This document shows positions 12,039 to 24,957 of a DNA stretch of 64,000 bases, piece after piece. Source of the stretch: Octopus vulgaris (lineage: Eukaryota); NCBI GenBank assembly GCA_951406725.2, contig OX597820.1:114948001-115012000 (forward strand), read 5' to 3'. The notes beneath the pieces are model-generated. The model made no database searches. It was not told the origin of the DNA and was given only the letters and a program-made list of their open reading frames with translations. Every line of letters begins with the position of its first letter. Position 1 is the first letter of the stretch. The translations under genes were made by a program, and so were the position numbers.

Positions 12039-13394
12039 CTAGCACTATGACCTGGCGTTGCTGGATCATAGTGCTTAGTGCATGCATATACAGCTGTGTG
12101 CGTGCACACGTACACACAAGTACTGTCCAAATCTCCGACCAATCACACAGCTAGCTGGCATTCAATTGGTGTATCAAGTTTCGGAGATTTTGATTAGGTT
12201 TTGGACAGAAAATTCACAAAAAAGTCACTTCTATTGATTTTTTAATGGCTTTGCGGGGTGACTGGGGAAATGTAAAGATGTGCACGACCACCCTTGGACG
12301 GTTTAGAATGACCATAGAAAGTGCAAGCCCTCTAACTGAAAAATTGTGGATTTGTATAAAGGACACAGACAGACAGACATTTTGCCATTTATATATATAC
12401 TAGCAGTATCGCCCGGCGTTGCTTGGGTTTGTTTCGACCCGCTGGAATTGTAATTTTGAAAAGTAAAAATTTTGTGAACATTTTTCTGGTCGAAATATAC
12501 CGAAAAGTGGCGACACAGCAGTGAAATAATCGTAAAAAATAGGGATTTTCATAGAAAAAAGCAGCTTTTTTATGTAAATAATTTTTGGTGTTAACATGGT
12601 CCGATTTGAATTTTATGTTCTATGGAAGGAAGAGCAACCCTTCTTCTATCATACTCTCAATTTTGGTCAACTTGCGCCGCAGGGTCTCGGAGGAGATAGT
12701 GTTAGTTGAAGGTTACCAAACGTGGCGCACACAGACAACTTCAGCTTTATATAGAGACTAGCAGTATCGCCCGGCGTTGCTCGGGTTTGTAAGGGAAATA
12801 ACTATATAAGCATTTCTAGAGAGTTATAGCCAAAAAATAGCAAAAAATGCATTAAAAAAGGAAAAAATATGATGGTAAATTTTTTTTTAAATCGTTGACT
12901 CATCGTAGACATTTTTAGAGAGTTACTTCCCTTATATAATAGCGAAAAAATGCATTAAAATGGAAAAAAAACGATGGTAAATTTTTTTTTAAATCGTAGA
13001 CTCATGTAGACGCTTTCTTAGCCATTTCTGTTTTGGTGTCTTCAAGCCATGAAGTCGTTGTTCTAAAAGAACACTGGTCTCCTTGACAACGCATTACGAC
13101 GTTGATTTCCTTACACTCCCTTCCCCACAGGTGCAGGTGTGAGCGTGGATGCCAACTCCGCCGCCATCGACACACGAAAAATTATGCATTAAAATGGAAT
13201 AAAAAATGATGTTAAATTATTTTTAAAATCGTAGACTCATCGTAGACGCGCACTAATATTCAGACGGGCTCGATATGAATCACGACTATAAGCTACCCGA
13301 ATTTGGTTAAACTGCACCGCAAAATGTGGGAGTAGTTATGAATCTAAATCGAAGGGGACAGACACTCACACAACTACAGTTTTATATATATAGA
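12039..13394 (-). mobile_element. Three head-to-tail non-autonomous Helitrons (12039-12399, 12400-12757, 12758-13394)
   Basis: On the minus strand each ends in a hairpin (e.g. CCCGAGCAACGCCGGG) about 11 nt before CTAG|T. 5' ends read TCTATATATATAAAA or TCTCTATATAAAG; the first copy is more degenerate. Confidence 0.75.
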
Positions 13395-13479
13395 TATACA
13401 TAGCGCAGTAGTGGTGAGATGTGACAGCAAAGAAAAGCATACATTCACTCTCTGCATGCAATTAGACTCGGAAAGTTCG

Positions 13480-13829
13480 TGAGGAACCCATTGACCCAAT
13501 TTGCTGACTTTTCCGATAGCACACAGGTCTCAATGAATGGTTGAATGACCAAATCCAAGCTTCTCTGCTAGTTCCTCAACAGTTACGATGAGATTTTGTT
13601 CCACCAGGGTTTTCAGGATGTCCTTGTCGAGTTCTACAGATCTTTCAGGATGAGGCTCGTCTTCTAGGCTGTAGTTTATGGCTCGGGATTTCTGGAACCA
13701 CCATTGACACTGCCTTACGCTTATTGTCCAATCCCCATATACTGCATTAATATTTCTTGTACTTTGCACACATTTATATTCTGTTATTCTTTTATATGTT
13801 TCAGCCTTGAGGTTGTGGCCATGCTGGAT

Positions 13830-13830
<1 letters not shown>
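13480..13830 (-). mobile_element. Mariner transposase N-terminal (HTH) fragment
   Basis: TRNINAVYG...VRQCQWWFQK...SLEDEPHPERS...TVEELAEKLGFGHSTIH, typical of mariner DNA-binding domains; degenerate. Confidence 0.8.
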
Positions 13831-13831
<1 letters not shown>

Positions 13832-13863
<32 letters not shown>

Positions 13864-14052
13864 TATCTGTCTGTCTGTATGTATATATGTATATGTATGT
13901 GTGTGAACAATAATATTTTCAACAGATGTGTTGCAAATGTATCTGATTGTTCTCAAGCTTCAATACTGTGTGTGTGTGTGTATGTATGTATGTATATGTA
14001 TGTATGTATGTATATGTATGTATGTATATGTATGTATGTGTGTGTGTATGTA

Positions 14053-14083
<31 letters not shown>

Positions 14084-14095
14084 ATGTATGTATGT
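13832..14095. repeat. (TG)n/(TATG)n compound microsatellite
   Basis: Read directly from the sequence. Confidence 0.95.
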
Positions 14096-14279
14096 TTACT
14101 TTATTACACAAGCCACTACGGTTATTTAATGTAAAGTCTTCCTCAAATCACTCTCTCTCTCGCTATTTACTCTCTTCCAAGAACATTTTCACTCACTCTT
14201 AGCTCTTAGCTTCCCATACATTTTACTCATGTATCTATCAGCGTCATAGACAGAATACTTTCAGTTTAGTCTTCCTCAA

Positions 14280-15807
14280 ATCACTCTGTCGCTATTTACT
14301 TTCATTTTATTCGTTGCACACTGTGTGTGTGCGTTTGCGTGTGGTGTAAACCAGACTAAGAAAAGCATTTGACACACACACCAGAATGTGAGTTTTCTGT
14401 AAATTTTGCTTAATTGGAGTTTAAATTTTAAAAACTGGACCTGGCATGACGCGATGCATTGTACTCTTAAAAATGCTAGGTAAATTGTAATTGAAGAAAT
14501 CCTATATTGTAGATTTCTATAACTCCCAAAGGGAGGCAGATAAAATCTGCCTTTTATAATAAGAGATAACACACACACATTAATACACATACATAGACAC
14601 ACACACACATGTATGTATGGATGTATATATGTACATCTGTCCACTTCTTGCAATATTTTTATCCTTCACTTCCTACACACACACACACACACACTTACAC
14701 ACACACGTGCACGCACACACACACCTTCTTAGCTTACAATTTCTTTCTGTCAACAATTGACAACAGAAGTACGCTCGCCAATTAATACTACCAAAATTTA
14801 ACAACAGAAAGTAAATTAAAAACCAATTTACCTTTTCTGTATTATTATGGCAATCCGACTGTCGGTGTGTTTTTGTAAATGTGTTCGAATGAGAAGTGAG
14901 TTGTGTTTGGCGCCTTTTTTACTAATAACAAACACACACATGTGTGTGTGTTTGAGTGTTTGTATGTAGTTGTTTGAAACGTTTGTGTTTGTCACTGTCA
15001 TATATGTATGTGTATGCGTGTGTGTGAGGAATGGCAAACCAGATAGATAGCGCGCGAAGTTGTTTTGAAGTTCGCGCTCTGCTTGTGTGTGTGTGTGCGT
15101 GCTTTAGGTACACAGCACAACATTACTCTCTCTGTCTCTTTACACACACTAACAAAAGCACTTCACTTACACACCACGCTTTCTGTGTCGCACATCCCAT
15201 CAAACACACACACTCACACACGCACACATGTACATCAATGCTTTCGGAGTGAAATGTTAAAATATTGAGTTTTCTCGAATTTTGTCTTAATTGGGGGTGA
15301 AATTGAAAGAAATTTTGTATGGCATGACCGAATGGAAGTACTTGTAAAAATTATAGGTAAACTGTAATTGAAGAAATTGTGTGAGGAGTAAATCGTAATG
15401 TATTTATTTGTTTCTGTTTGCTGTTTTTTTTTTTTGAGTAGTGGTTTAAGGTACACTTCTCTCGTTTTATAGAAATAGTTTCACTTTAATCGTTGCACAC
15501 TTGCAAAGAGAAAGGAGTAGAAATTAGGGTGATAGCGTGAGTGAAGCAGATCGCTCCGTTTTTGTGTGTGTGTGTGCGTGTGCTGTAGCCCACACTAAGA
15601 AAAGCACTTGACTTACACACCACAATGTGAGTTTTCTCTAAATTTTGCTTAATTGGGGTTGAAATTTTAAAAACCGGACCTGGCACAACCCGATGCATTC
15701 TACTCTTAAAAATGCTAGGTAAATTGTAATTGAAGAAATCCTATATTGTAGATTTCTATAAGAGACAAAGGGAGGCAGATAAAAACTGCCTTTTATAATA
15801 AGAGATA
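14280..15807 (-). mobile_element. Two related Helitron-like 5' portions with CA microsatellites (ending about 14568 and 15806)
   Basis: Duplicated block aaaatgctaggtaaattgtaattgaagaaatcc...ctgccttttataataagagat, which reads A|TCTCTTATTATAAAAG on the minus strand. Confidence 0.5.
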
Positions 15808-16768
15808 GAGATATATTCAAACAGATAGAACCCTCTCTAATTTACTCACTGCCCACAGTTTTTCCTGCAGACATCACTCTACAGATGTTTAAGCTTAAGA
15901 TCAGCCTCGCTTGTCAAAGGGGTCCTGTGAAAGTGTCGTGTCTACTTTCCCTCTTTCTCTGGCTGTCTTATTAAAAGTACACAAGAGATATACAAATGAA
16001 AAATATATAGGACTATGTTGCTGAATCAAATTCTAAATGTTGGCTATTATCTTGTGAGCAGTAAAACAGTATTGAGATAACTGAAGAGATTTCTGTTGCT
16101 AGATTTTCTAACCGTTTGGACACTGAAGATATTACGGTAATTACAATAGTTTTGAATTGATGAAAAAATTAATTCAGTCATCATCATCATTGTTTAATGT
16201 CCGCTTTCCATGCTAGCATGGGTCGGATGATTTTGACTGAGAGCTTGCGAACCAGATGGCTGCACCAGGCTCCAATCTTGATCTGGCAGAGTTTCTACAG
16301 CTGGATGCCCTTCCTAATTGCCAATCACTCCAAGAGTGTAGTATATTCTTCAGTATATGAAGAATATGCTCTCCCAGCTGGAACAGTGTACCATGGACTA
16401 CATTATCCAATGTATCATTTCTTGAGACACTAGAGAATGATTTGAAAGCGAGATTTCACTCTTTCTAGCAAGTTGAGCAACCACATAGAGACCCTCTCGT
16501 CAGCTTGTTCAGTCTAGTCACATGACACATTTTTTAACTTTTACAATAGGTCTGAATATTTTAAATGATGAAGTTATGATGGGTACATTTTGTTGAAAAT
16601 TGGCTGTGATGAAAGGGAAGATGTGTGTGTGTGCATAACACGCACACACACACACTGACACCACAATATAGGTGGTTATAGTGGAGTGTGTTGTACGTCT
16701 TGTCATGCCAGAATGCTATTGAGATGAAAGATGACTGTGTTATTGACAAAATGATAATGATAGTGATT

Positions 16769-16850
16769 GGTGAGGTGGCCGAGTGGTTAAGGCGATGGAC
16801 TGCTAATCCATTGGGGCCTCCCCGCCTGAGTTCGAATCTTATGCTCGTCG
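16769..16850 (+). tRNA. tRNA-Ser(GCT), probably a pseudogene or retrocopy, in UQCRC2 intron 4
   Basis: 82 nt; A box TGGCCGAGTGG, anticodon arm ATGGA-CTGCTAA-TCCAT, variable arm GGGG/CCCC, B box GTTCGAATC, discriminator G. The acceptor stem has 2 G-U pairs and a G-G mismatch, and the T stem has a mismatch. Confidence 0.8.
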
Positions 16851-16866
16851 ATTACATTTTCTTCTT

Positions 16867-17260
16867 TCGCTTGCGAAGACCTGTCGAGGCAAGTGAAATC
16901 AAAATCAATCAAAAATCAATGGAAATTGTAGTTGTGATACCAGTGCCGGTTGCACGTAAAAGAACCATCCGAACGTGGCCGTTGCCAGCGCCGCCTCGAC
17001 TGGCCTCCATGGCGATGGTACGTAAAAGGCACCAACCGATTGTGGCCATTGCCAGCCTTGCCTGGCACCTGTGATGGTGACACGTAAAAAGCACCCACTA
17101 CACTCCACCGAGTGGTTGGCGTTAGGAAGGGCATCCAGCTGTAGAAACACTGCCAGATCAGACTGGAGCCTGGCGCAGCCTCCTGGCTTCCCAGACCCCA
17201 GTCGAACCGTCCAACCCATGCTAGCATGGAAAGCGGACGTTAAACGATGATGATGATGAT
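16867..17260 (+). mobile_element. RTE LINE 3'UTR fragment; similar + copies at 17608-17830 and 18644-18965, - copies at 16178-16345, 28589-28683 and 52510-52696
   Basis: Matches the 3'UTR of the long RTE at 24958-25561 and ends ...gcggacgttaaacgatgatgat. Confidence 0.9.
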
Positions 17261-17491
17261 TGGGTTGAGGTTTACGGTAACAGCGGTGGTGGAAGTTACA
17301 GCTACTTGTGAAGTGGTTGGAAAGAGGCTGATGTACATGGGAATGGGAGCCTAGCTAAAAGGCAAGTGATGGGAAGGGATTGGGATTTGATGATCAACAA
17401 AAGAAGGGACAATAATAAAGGTGGTGGGTGTGACAGCAGTGGTTCAGGTTTTTTTCTATCAGTAATTTGTCTTGTTTATTGTGTTTTTCAG

Positions 17492-17548
17492 CTGTACAAC
17501 CTCACGAGAATTTGTCACTTATCAAATTGATTGTCTTCGTGATGAACT
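17492..17548 (+). CDS. UQCRC2: UQCRC2 exon 5
   Basis: tttttcag|C...CT|gtaagt; CTTSREFVTYQIDCLRDEL; 57 nt. Confidence 0.92.
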
Positions 17549-18491
17549 GTAAGTATAACTTTAACCCTACCGTTCACTTCATCTCCTTGATAATCCTTTT
17601 TCAGCAAAGAAACACATAAAAGCACCAACCGATCGTGGCCGTTGCCAGCCTCCCCTGGCACGTAAAAAACACCCACTACACTCACGGAGTGGTTGGCGTT
17701 AGGAAGGGCATCCAGCTGTAGAAACACTGCCAGATCAGACTGGAGCCTGGTGCAGTCTCCATGGCTTCCATACCCTGGTCGAACCGTCCAACCCATGCTA
17801 GCATGGAAAGCGGACGTTAAATGATGATGATAAAATCTATTTAAATCCCTTGGCGACTGGGAGGTTCTTTTAGGTCCTTGAAGATATTTGAAGTCACTGA
17901 GGTTCTTGTCGATATTTGAAGTCACTGAGGTTCTTGTCAACTAATATTTTTAGTTGCCTCGTTGATTTTAGCCACTCATAGACCAGTGTGGTTACTTTCC
18001 TGTTGACCGATGCCAAAAGACGTTTATCTGTTATTGAAATGTTATATAACACAAACACACACACGCTCCATTATATACATTGTGATAGTGGAGTGTTTTG
18101 CCTATATTGGTTATGAAAGAGTTGATGAGGCTCAATGGATAGAGAACTACATGAAGCTTAATATTTAACTGTTCTACTTTCAAATCTTACCAGTATTGAC
18201 TTTGCCTTTTATCACTCTGGGTTTGATAAATGAAGTAATTGTAGTTATAATAAGATTGATTAAATGTATGCTTTTACTAAAAAAAGAGAAAGAGAATCTT
18301 TCTGTCTCTAGTGAAGAACATATTTCTACTTAATTGTTAGGATTCAGTGGGCAATTTTGTTAAACATGAGAAGGTTTACTGTTACTAATAAATCCTATGA
18401 AACTCCAACTGCTGTGGTTCTTTTCACTTGTTCTTGTTGATGGAAATCACTTACCTTAGGTTCCTAATAATTTTTTCACTTTTTATTTTAG

Positions 18492-18616
18492 TGATAATGT
18501 GATAGGATTGGTGAAAAGTGCAGTGACCGTACCAGCTTTCAAACCCTGGGAGATAAAGGAGGCAGCTGCCAGTATGACACTTGACAAGGCTGTCCTGAAG
18601 ACACAACTTCCTCTTC
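18492..18616 (+). CDS. UQCRC2: UQCRC2 exon 6
   Basis: ttttag|T...C|gtaagt; DNVIGLVKSAVTVPAFKPWEIKEAAASMTLDKAVLKTQLPL; 125 nt. Confidence 0.93.
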
Positions 18617-21128
18617 GTAAGTACAATATGGTAATTAGTTTAATCACTTGCGAAGACCTGTTGAGGCAAGTGAAATCGAAAGCGATCAAAAATCAATGGA
18701 AATTGCAGTTGTGATACCAGTGCCGGTGGCACGTAAAAGAACCATCTGAACGTGGTCGCTGCCAGCGCCGCCTTGACTGGCCTCCGTGCCGGTGGAACGT
18801 AAAAAGCACCCACTACACTCATGGAGTGGTTGGCATTAGGAAAGGCAGCCAGCTGTAGAAACACTGCCAGATCAGACTGGGCCTGGTGCAGCCTCCTGGC
18901 TTCCCACACCCCGGTCGAACCGTCCAACCCATGCTAGCATGGAAAGCGGATGTTAAACGATGATTTATATTACATATAAATCTTGGGCAATGATTTGGTA
19001 TGAATGTGGGGCTGTTTATTAGTCTAATTAACAGTGTTGCCATATTGAGGGAAATTGTTGCACGCTGGACTAAATTTTTTCTGAAGTATTTAATCTCATA
19101 TTTATCAATAGAGGGTTTCAAATTTCAGTTGAAATAATGGAATGTGAGTTGGAGAGAACCCTGTCAGTGCACTCAGCAATTGAACATTGTGACTGGAAAC
19201 TTTATTCAAGAGGTGAGAGACTGATAGAACCCATAAACAGGTGACTTTGGGAGCAGGTTCTCCTTCCACTTGTGGTCAAGTTTTTTGATGATGTCCAGTG
19301 CAAAATCCTCAAGGACCAGTGGCCAATGAGGTATGACAGAAAAGAGTGTGTTGATGGTAGATCTAGCCGTCAGGAGACAAAAATGTCTCCATAAATGAAC
19401 AGGAGAAAGAACTAAAGTGAAACCCCAAAACATTACTGTTAGAAAGTAGAGAAGAGAAAATTGATACACTGAGCTTTATGATAGATATTACCAAGAATAA
19501 AGGATATCAAATTTCCCAAAATGTTTGGAAAGAGAAATTAAGAAAACATTATTTGCCACACTGAGTTCAAATCGATCAAAATTGTTTATTTTTCATTCCT
19601 CAGAAGTCAGTAAAGTGAGAACTAGTAATATATTATATTGAATTAATTCAATTAATTGTATTTTATACTTACTAAAATAAGTCCTTATTTTCATTTCTAA
19701 TAAAACTAGAAGCAGTTTTTTTTTTAATTCAGTGTGTTCCACTTTCATCTCCATCTCTGTCCATTTACCTCTTGCCTTTCATACTCTTGCAAACTTCCCT
19801 TCATACTCATCCTGTCCAATCCTTTGTACCACTTCTATATTCACCTTCCTGAAACTTGAGGGTGCACTCTGACACCTCCTCTGCAACAAAAAAACCTGTT
19901 CTTATCATTCTATTGCACTTTAACCTCATCATTATCTGGCATAAAAAGTTTAATACAACATCCCCCTCAGTTGAGGAGTCTCGTCTTGAGAGTTACTTGA
20001 TGGCCTCACTTGTGCTAGGGTATCTTAAGAAGCACTTAGTACTGTGGTTGGTATTGGAAGGGCATCCAATTGTAGAAACAATGTGAAAGCAGGCATTAGG
20101 GCTTGTGAAGTCCTCTGGTTCCTCCTGTCAAACCAGCCAACCCATACCAGCATGGAGCACAAACATTAAATGCTGAGGATAATAATCTTTGTTATTGAGT
20201 TATAAAAAGATTTGTATCTGCTTTGTATGTATCAAGGACCTGTTTAAAAACCAGTGTTTAGTGGTTTCATGACATTAAGTGAATGTGAAATAAATCTTCT
20301 TTTGGGTAGGAAGACACCATTTTATTGCAAGAAACCTTACTAGATATTTTGGTTCCTTCCTAATCTTAACATTTAAGGAATTTTTTGGTGAGGTTGGGAC
20401 CTGGCCAGCAGGAAGCGGCTTTACCTATATCCTTTTGCAGGTTGTCCAAGATTGGTGAGGTTAATTCAGTTAATAATGCCCTTGAAGGTAAACTGAGGCA
20501 GTTTAGAATGTCTTTCTTAGAAACAATATAACACTTGCAATAAATTTCGATTTATGACATATCAGCAAGTAATCCATAATTTTATTCACTCAGTTATCAA
20601 CCCTCTAGAATTCAAAATTCTTCAGTTTTGTGGCTGTCATAATTGTAATTTAGTCTTACTTTGTAGTTATATGGAAATATAGGTTCAAACCTGGCAATAA
20701 TGCAAATGACAAACTCTATTGGGTTGACTCTGTGGCTCAGTTGTTCTTTTGCTTGAAGTCAGCCCTAATCTAGCAAACCTATGATTAAAAATGTTCCAGC
20801 TCTGACCATCCCATCTTTAATTTAGACTAAAGTAACCAACATGCAAGATGGTAGGTTGTAAGTTGAAGGATACTTTACAACTATTTCTAAAATGTTCTGC
20901 AACTGTAAAGGGCTACCTTGTGGGCTAGTTTCAATCTCTCGTTAAACTCAACCAATTTACTATGTAAAAGCTGCAGAAAAAGCTTAGACATTGCAACTTT
21001 CTTCTTCTCTCTCTCCTTCTCCACATTTATGTTACTCAAAAGAAACAAGTGTGTTCTTTTACTGATATTGGCCATTGAATCGTAGCCTTGATATTTAAAA
21101 CTATAATCAAGCCTGTCTTTGATTGCAG

Positions 21129-21226
21129 AGGTGTTTGAGTTACTTCACTACGCAGCTTTTAGGAGTACTTTGGGTAACTCCATTTATGCATCTGACAGCA
21201 TGATTGGCAGGTTTTCTCCTGAGATT
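21129..21226 (+). CDS. UQCRC2: UQCRC2 exon 7
   Basis: ttgcag|AG...ATT|gtaagt; QVFELLHYAAFRSTLGNSIYASDSMIGRFSPEI; 98 nt. Confidence 0.93.
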
Positions 21227-22612
21227 GTAAGTTTTTAAAAAATTTTCTTTCTTTCTTTCTCTCCAACACTTTAATGAATATATGCTTCTAGCTGGTTTTT
21301 GTCTTCTTATTTAAAAGCGCTTATGATTTTTAACTCTTTTTGTGAGAAGATTTCAAACAACACTAGACTGCTTGTATGTTTTAATATACTTCTTATGAAA
21401 TCAAAATTCTGTCCAAAGACTCGAGTGTTGATCTGTTGATAAAAAGAAAATGCATCTAATAAAATTAATGAAAGTTATAAGTTTCCTCTTCTCGTAGCAC
21501 ATAAACTCACCTTTTTACAAATTAGAGAAATTTGCAGACGTGACTGTTCTGTGAAGAAATTCACTTCACAACTTTAGGTTCAGTCCCACTGTGCCACTTC
21601 TTGGCAAACCTGTGTCTTATTAGGGAATAGGGAATTTGGTAGACAGAAAGCAGAAGCTCATCTTGTGTATGTACATGCACATGTGTCTGTTTACAATATA
21701 CTTAGCTAATATTACAAACGTGGTAGTATTTGTTGTCAGGAAATGTCGACAAATCATTTGTTTGCTTTGCTCTTTTGAATTCTGCTGGAGTGAAAAATCC
21801 CTTCCTTGAAAACAGGCAATGGTTGGCAAGAGGAATGTCATATGGCCACAAAAAAACCTTGCTTCCATTTAAGCCATGCTATTGTGGAAAAAAACAGATG
21901 TTAAATACATGACTAAAGATTTTTCTGTAAAACTGTGCTAAATTTTCTGTCTTGTAAAAATCTCATGTGTGTAGTAGATTTGGGGTCTTTTTAGAGTTTT
22001 TTTGTGAGATCACCAAAAGAGCTCATCAGTGATTGTACAGTTAAGTATTTGTAGCAACTTTGAGGTTTTTAAGTACATTTTGTCTTGAGAAGGTGAGACA
22101 TATACTTGTTTCTTTGATCTGTGCAGTGGTTGTGTGTTTGTGCAATTGTTTTCTTGGCATGTTAAGGCAAGAACCACATTAACTAAAGAAACCTTCCTTA
22201 TTTAAGATATTAGGTTGTAATCTGAAAATGGTTTCATTGCTATTGTAGCAAATCCAGTGCAGGCATAGGGGCACATTTTTCGGCTCTCATATAAATGTTG
22301 TTGATGTGGTGATGGTATTAATGTCTTAACTCCAGCACTACTTATAGAGGTAACCTGCCAAACAACTGAAAGTGACTCACAGCCATAGGAGTTGTCCTCC
22401 CTCAACTGTTTATCAACAACCATGTTGTACACTCTAACTTGTCTGATGGTAGTGATGATGATGGTGTTAATGAGAAGTTTTGGTCAAACATTTGAGAGTA
22501 ACTATGTAGTCCAGATATGTCATCCTTCAGTTCCAATCAAGAACCATTTCTATGATCAGCCATCATTTTCGAGAGGGACTCATTCTTTGACTTCTTTTCA
22601 TGTGTTTACCAG

Positions 22613-22763
22613 TTGCATCAGTATGTAGCAGACCACTACACAGCAGACCGTATGGCAGTTGTTGGCATTGGAGTTGACCATGAACATCTTCAACACTTGG
22701 TTGGCCAGTTCCAGTGCAGTCCCTCGTCTGGCATTTCTGATGCAAAGGCAAAATATTGTGGCG
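22613..22763 (+). CDS. UQCRC2: UQCRC2 exon 8
   Basis: ttaccag|TTG...G|gtaagt; LHQYVADHYTADRMAVVGIGVDHEHLQ...AKAKYCG; 151 nt. Confidence 0.93.
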
Positions 22764-24957
22764 GTAAGTAGTGTTAATAATAATTTCAGATTTTGAAACA
22801 AGACAAGCACGTTTTAGTGGGTGGACAATAAGCAATAACAGTGATCCCCCGTGCATGACTGGTACTATTTTATCGACTCCAACAAGATAAAAACCAATGT
22901 TGACATTAGCATAATGGGAACTCGAGAAGTAATTCAGAGTGGCCAGTGACATGCATTTGAACAACACAGGACATGAAGGACCGTACAACATAAATTCTTT
23001 ATTGTATCTTCTTGATGGTCTATCACAGTGTCTGCTAAACTGTGCTGTGCCATGAAAATATTTTGGGGATTTTCGAGAAGCAACAATCCAAGAACATTCA
23101 CAAAGTTTGAGCATATATATAAATCTTAAAATACCATAAATATAAATCAATTACATTACACGATGAACAGCAGTTTTGCTACAATATATTACATTTCTGC
23201 ACTTAAATCGGGAATGTCTGTAAGCAAATTGTTTAGTAGTCCAAGTAGTTTTTAATTTTTGATTTATTTATGATTTACATAAATTAGTTTATGTTAATTG
23301 TAATCGATTTTTAGTTTTAGATTTAAATATGGACAAATTTTTATTGAGACTTCAGAAAAATGAGAAAGAGAGTCATAGCAAACAAGACAAACACCAGAAT
23401 AAAAAGTCTGCCTCATCAAAACGAAAATATAATGGAAATTATGTCCAATATGGTTTTATATTATCAGAAAAAGACAACTCAGTTCCTTTTTGTATGATTT
23501 GTTTAACAACATTCTCAAATGAAACAGTGGTTCCCAGTAAACCTCAAAGTTATGTAATAATAACAAATCACCTGCAATACAAGGACAAACCAAAAGAACA
23601 CTTTAAGATGCTAAAAAATCATTTAAAAATTTAATCAAAAAGGCTGAAGAAATTTCACTCAATTCCTGAGAAAGCTCAAATCACTAGTTACAAAATTGCC
23701 CGGCTTTTGGCAAAAAAGAAAAGACCACATTCTGATGCCGAAAACATTATTTTCCCAGCCTTGGAAATTGCTATTGGCACAATGATTAGTGCTGAAGCAG
23801 TCAAACAAATTAAGATTTCTCGTAAAATTCAAGACATTTCTTAAGACATTGATGATCAGCTCCGTGAACATTTCACTGAAGCAAAAAATGAACTCAAAAC
23901 TTGTGAGCCTTACAAATCGAAAAAAGTACAGACATCAGCAACAAAGCTCAACTAATTTCATTTCTGCAAATCATCAGAGGTGGTAAAATCATAAATCACT
24001 TTCACTTTTGTTGTGAATTTAAGGAAAGAACAACAGGAGAAAATGTCTTTAACTTGGTAAACCAAAATGTTGTATAGAAAGAGATGCAGTGGCCAACTTA
24101 TATTAGCATTTGCACTGATGGCGCTCCATCCAAGCAGGGTAAAAAAAAGGGTTCCATGGCGCATGTAACACAAAAAAATTCACAAGTTAAAACTGTACAC
24201 TGCATTCACCGCAAAGTTTTGGTGTCAAAATCTCTACCTGTGATGTCTCCTAAAGGTGATGAATTACATAAAATTGCATTCCCTACACTGCAGACTTTTG
24301 CATCTCTATGCGATACTATGGATTCTGATTTTAAGTGTTTACTGCTTCATACAGAAGTGTGATGGTTCTCGAAAAGAAAAGTGCTCTCTCGATTTATCTC
24401 TTTGTAACCTGAAATATGTTTCTTCGATGCTGAAAATTCTGGATTTGAATTAGTAAACGATGGTAATTGGTAGCTGAAAGTAGCATTTCTCAATGATCTT
24501 TTTTGAGAAGTTTCAAATTTGAGTCTGCAAGGAATGAACGAAAATATTATTACAATTACAAGTGAATTAAAGTCTTTCACTGACAAATTAGAACAGTGGA
24601 TAAGGAAAGTTAAAAACTCGCAGCTTGACTGCTTCTCAGGCCTAGAGGCTTTTCTAAACAAATTTGAAATTTTGCCAGAAGTGCAGAAGACAGTAGAAAA
24701 CCTCTCTCTATCATTTTCTAAGTATTTTCCATTCACTTGATTATCGAATGTAGGAACGGACCATCAATCCTTTCGCAACATACGATAGTACATACCTGCC
24801 ATTGACATCAACAGAAGAAAATTTAATAGTCTTGGAAAACAATCCTGTGCACAAAGCCCCATTTTCTGGGCTAAAATTGTCAGAATTTTGCTTTGGAGCC
24901 AATATCCTCAATTAGCTGCTACAGCCACTAAATCTCTGTTGTTGCTCTTTGGATCAA

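Noticed and set aside
13704-15268. Cys/Val/His/Thr-rich ORFs
   Set aside because: These are translations of (TG)n, (CA)n and (TATG)n microsatellites.
17883-17938. 28-bp direct duplication gatatttgaagtcactgaggttcttgtc x2
   Set aside because: Real, but an ordinary slippage-type duplication in an intron.
22563-23150. 195-aa minus-strand ORF
   Set aside because: Antisense to UQCRC2 exon 8 and the hAT end, with no recognisable domain.
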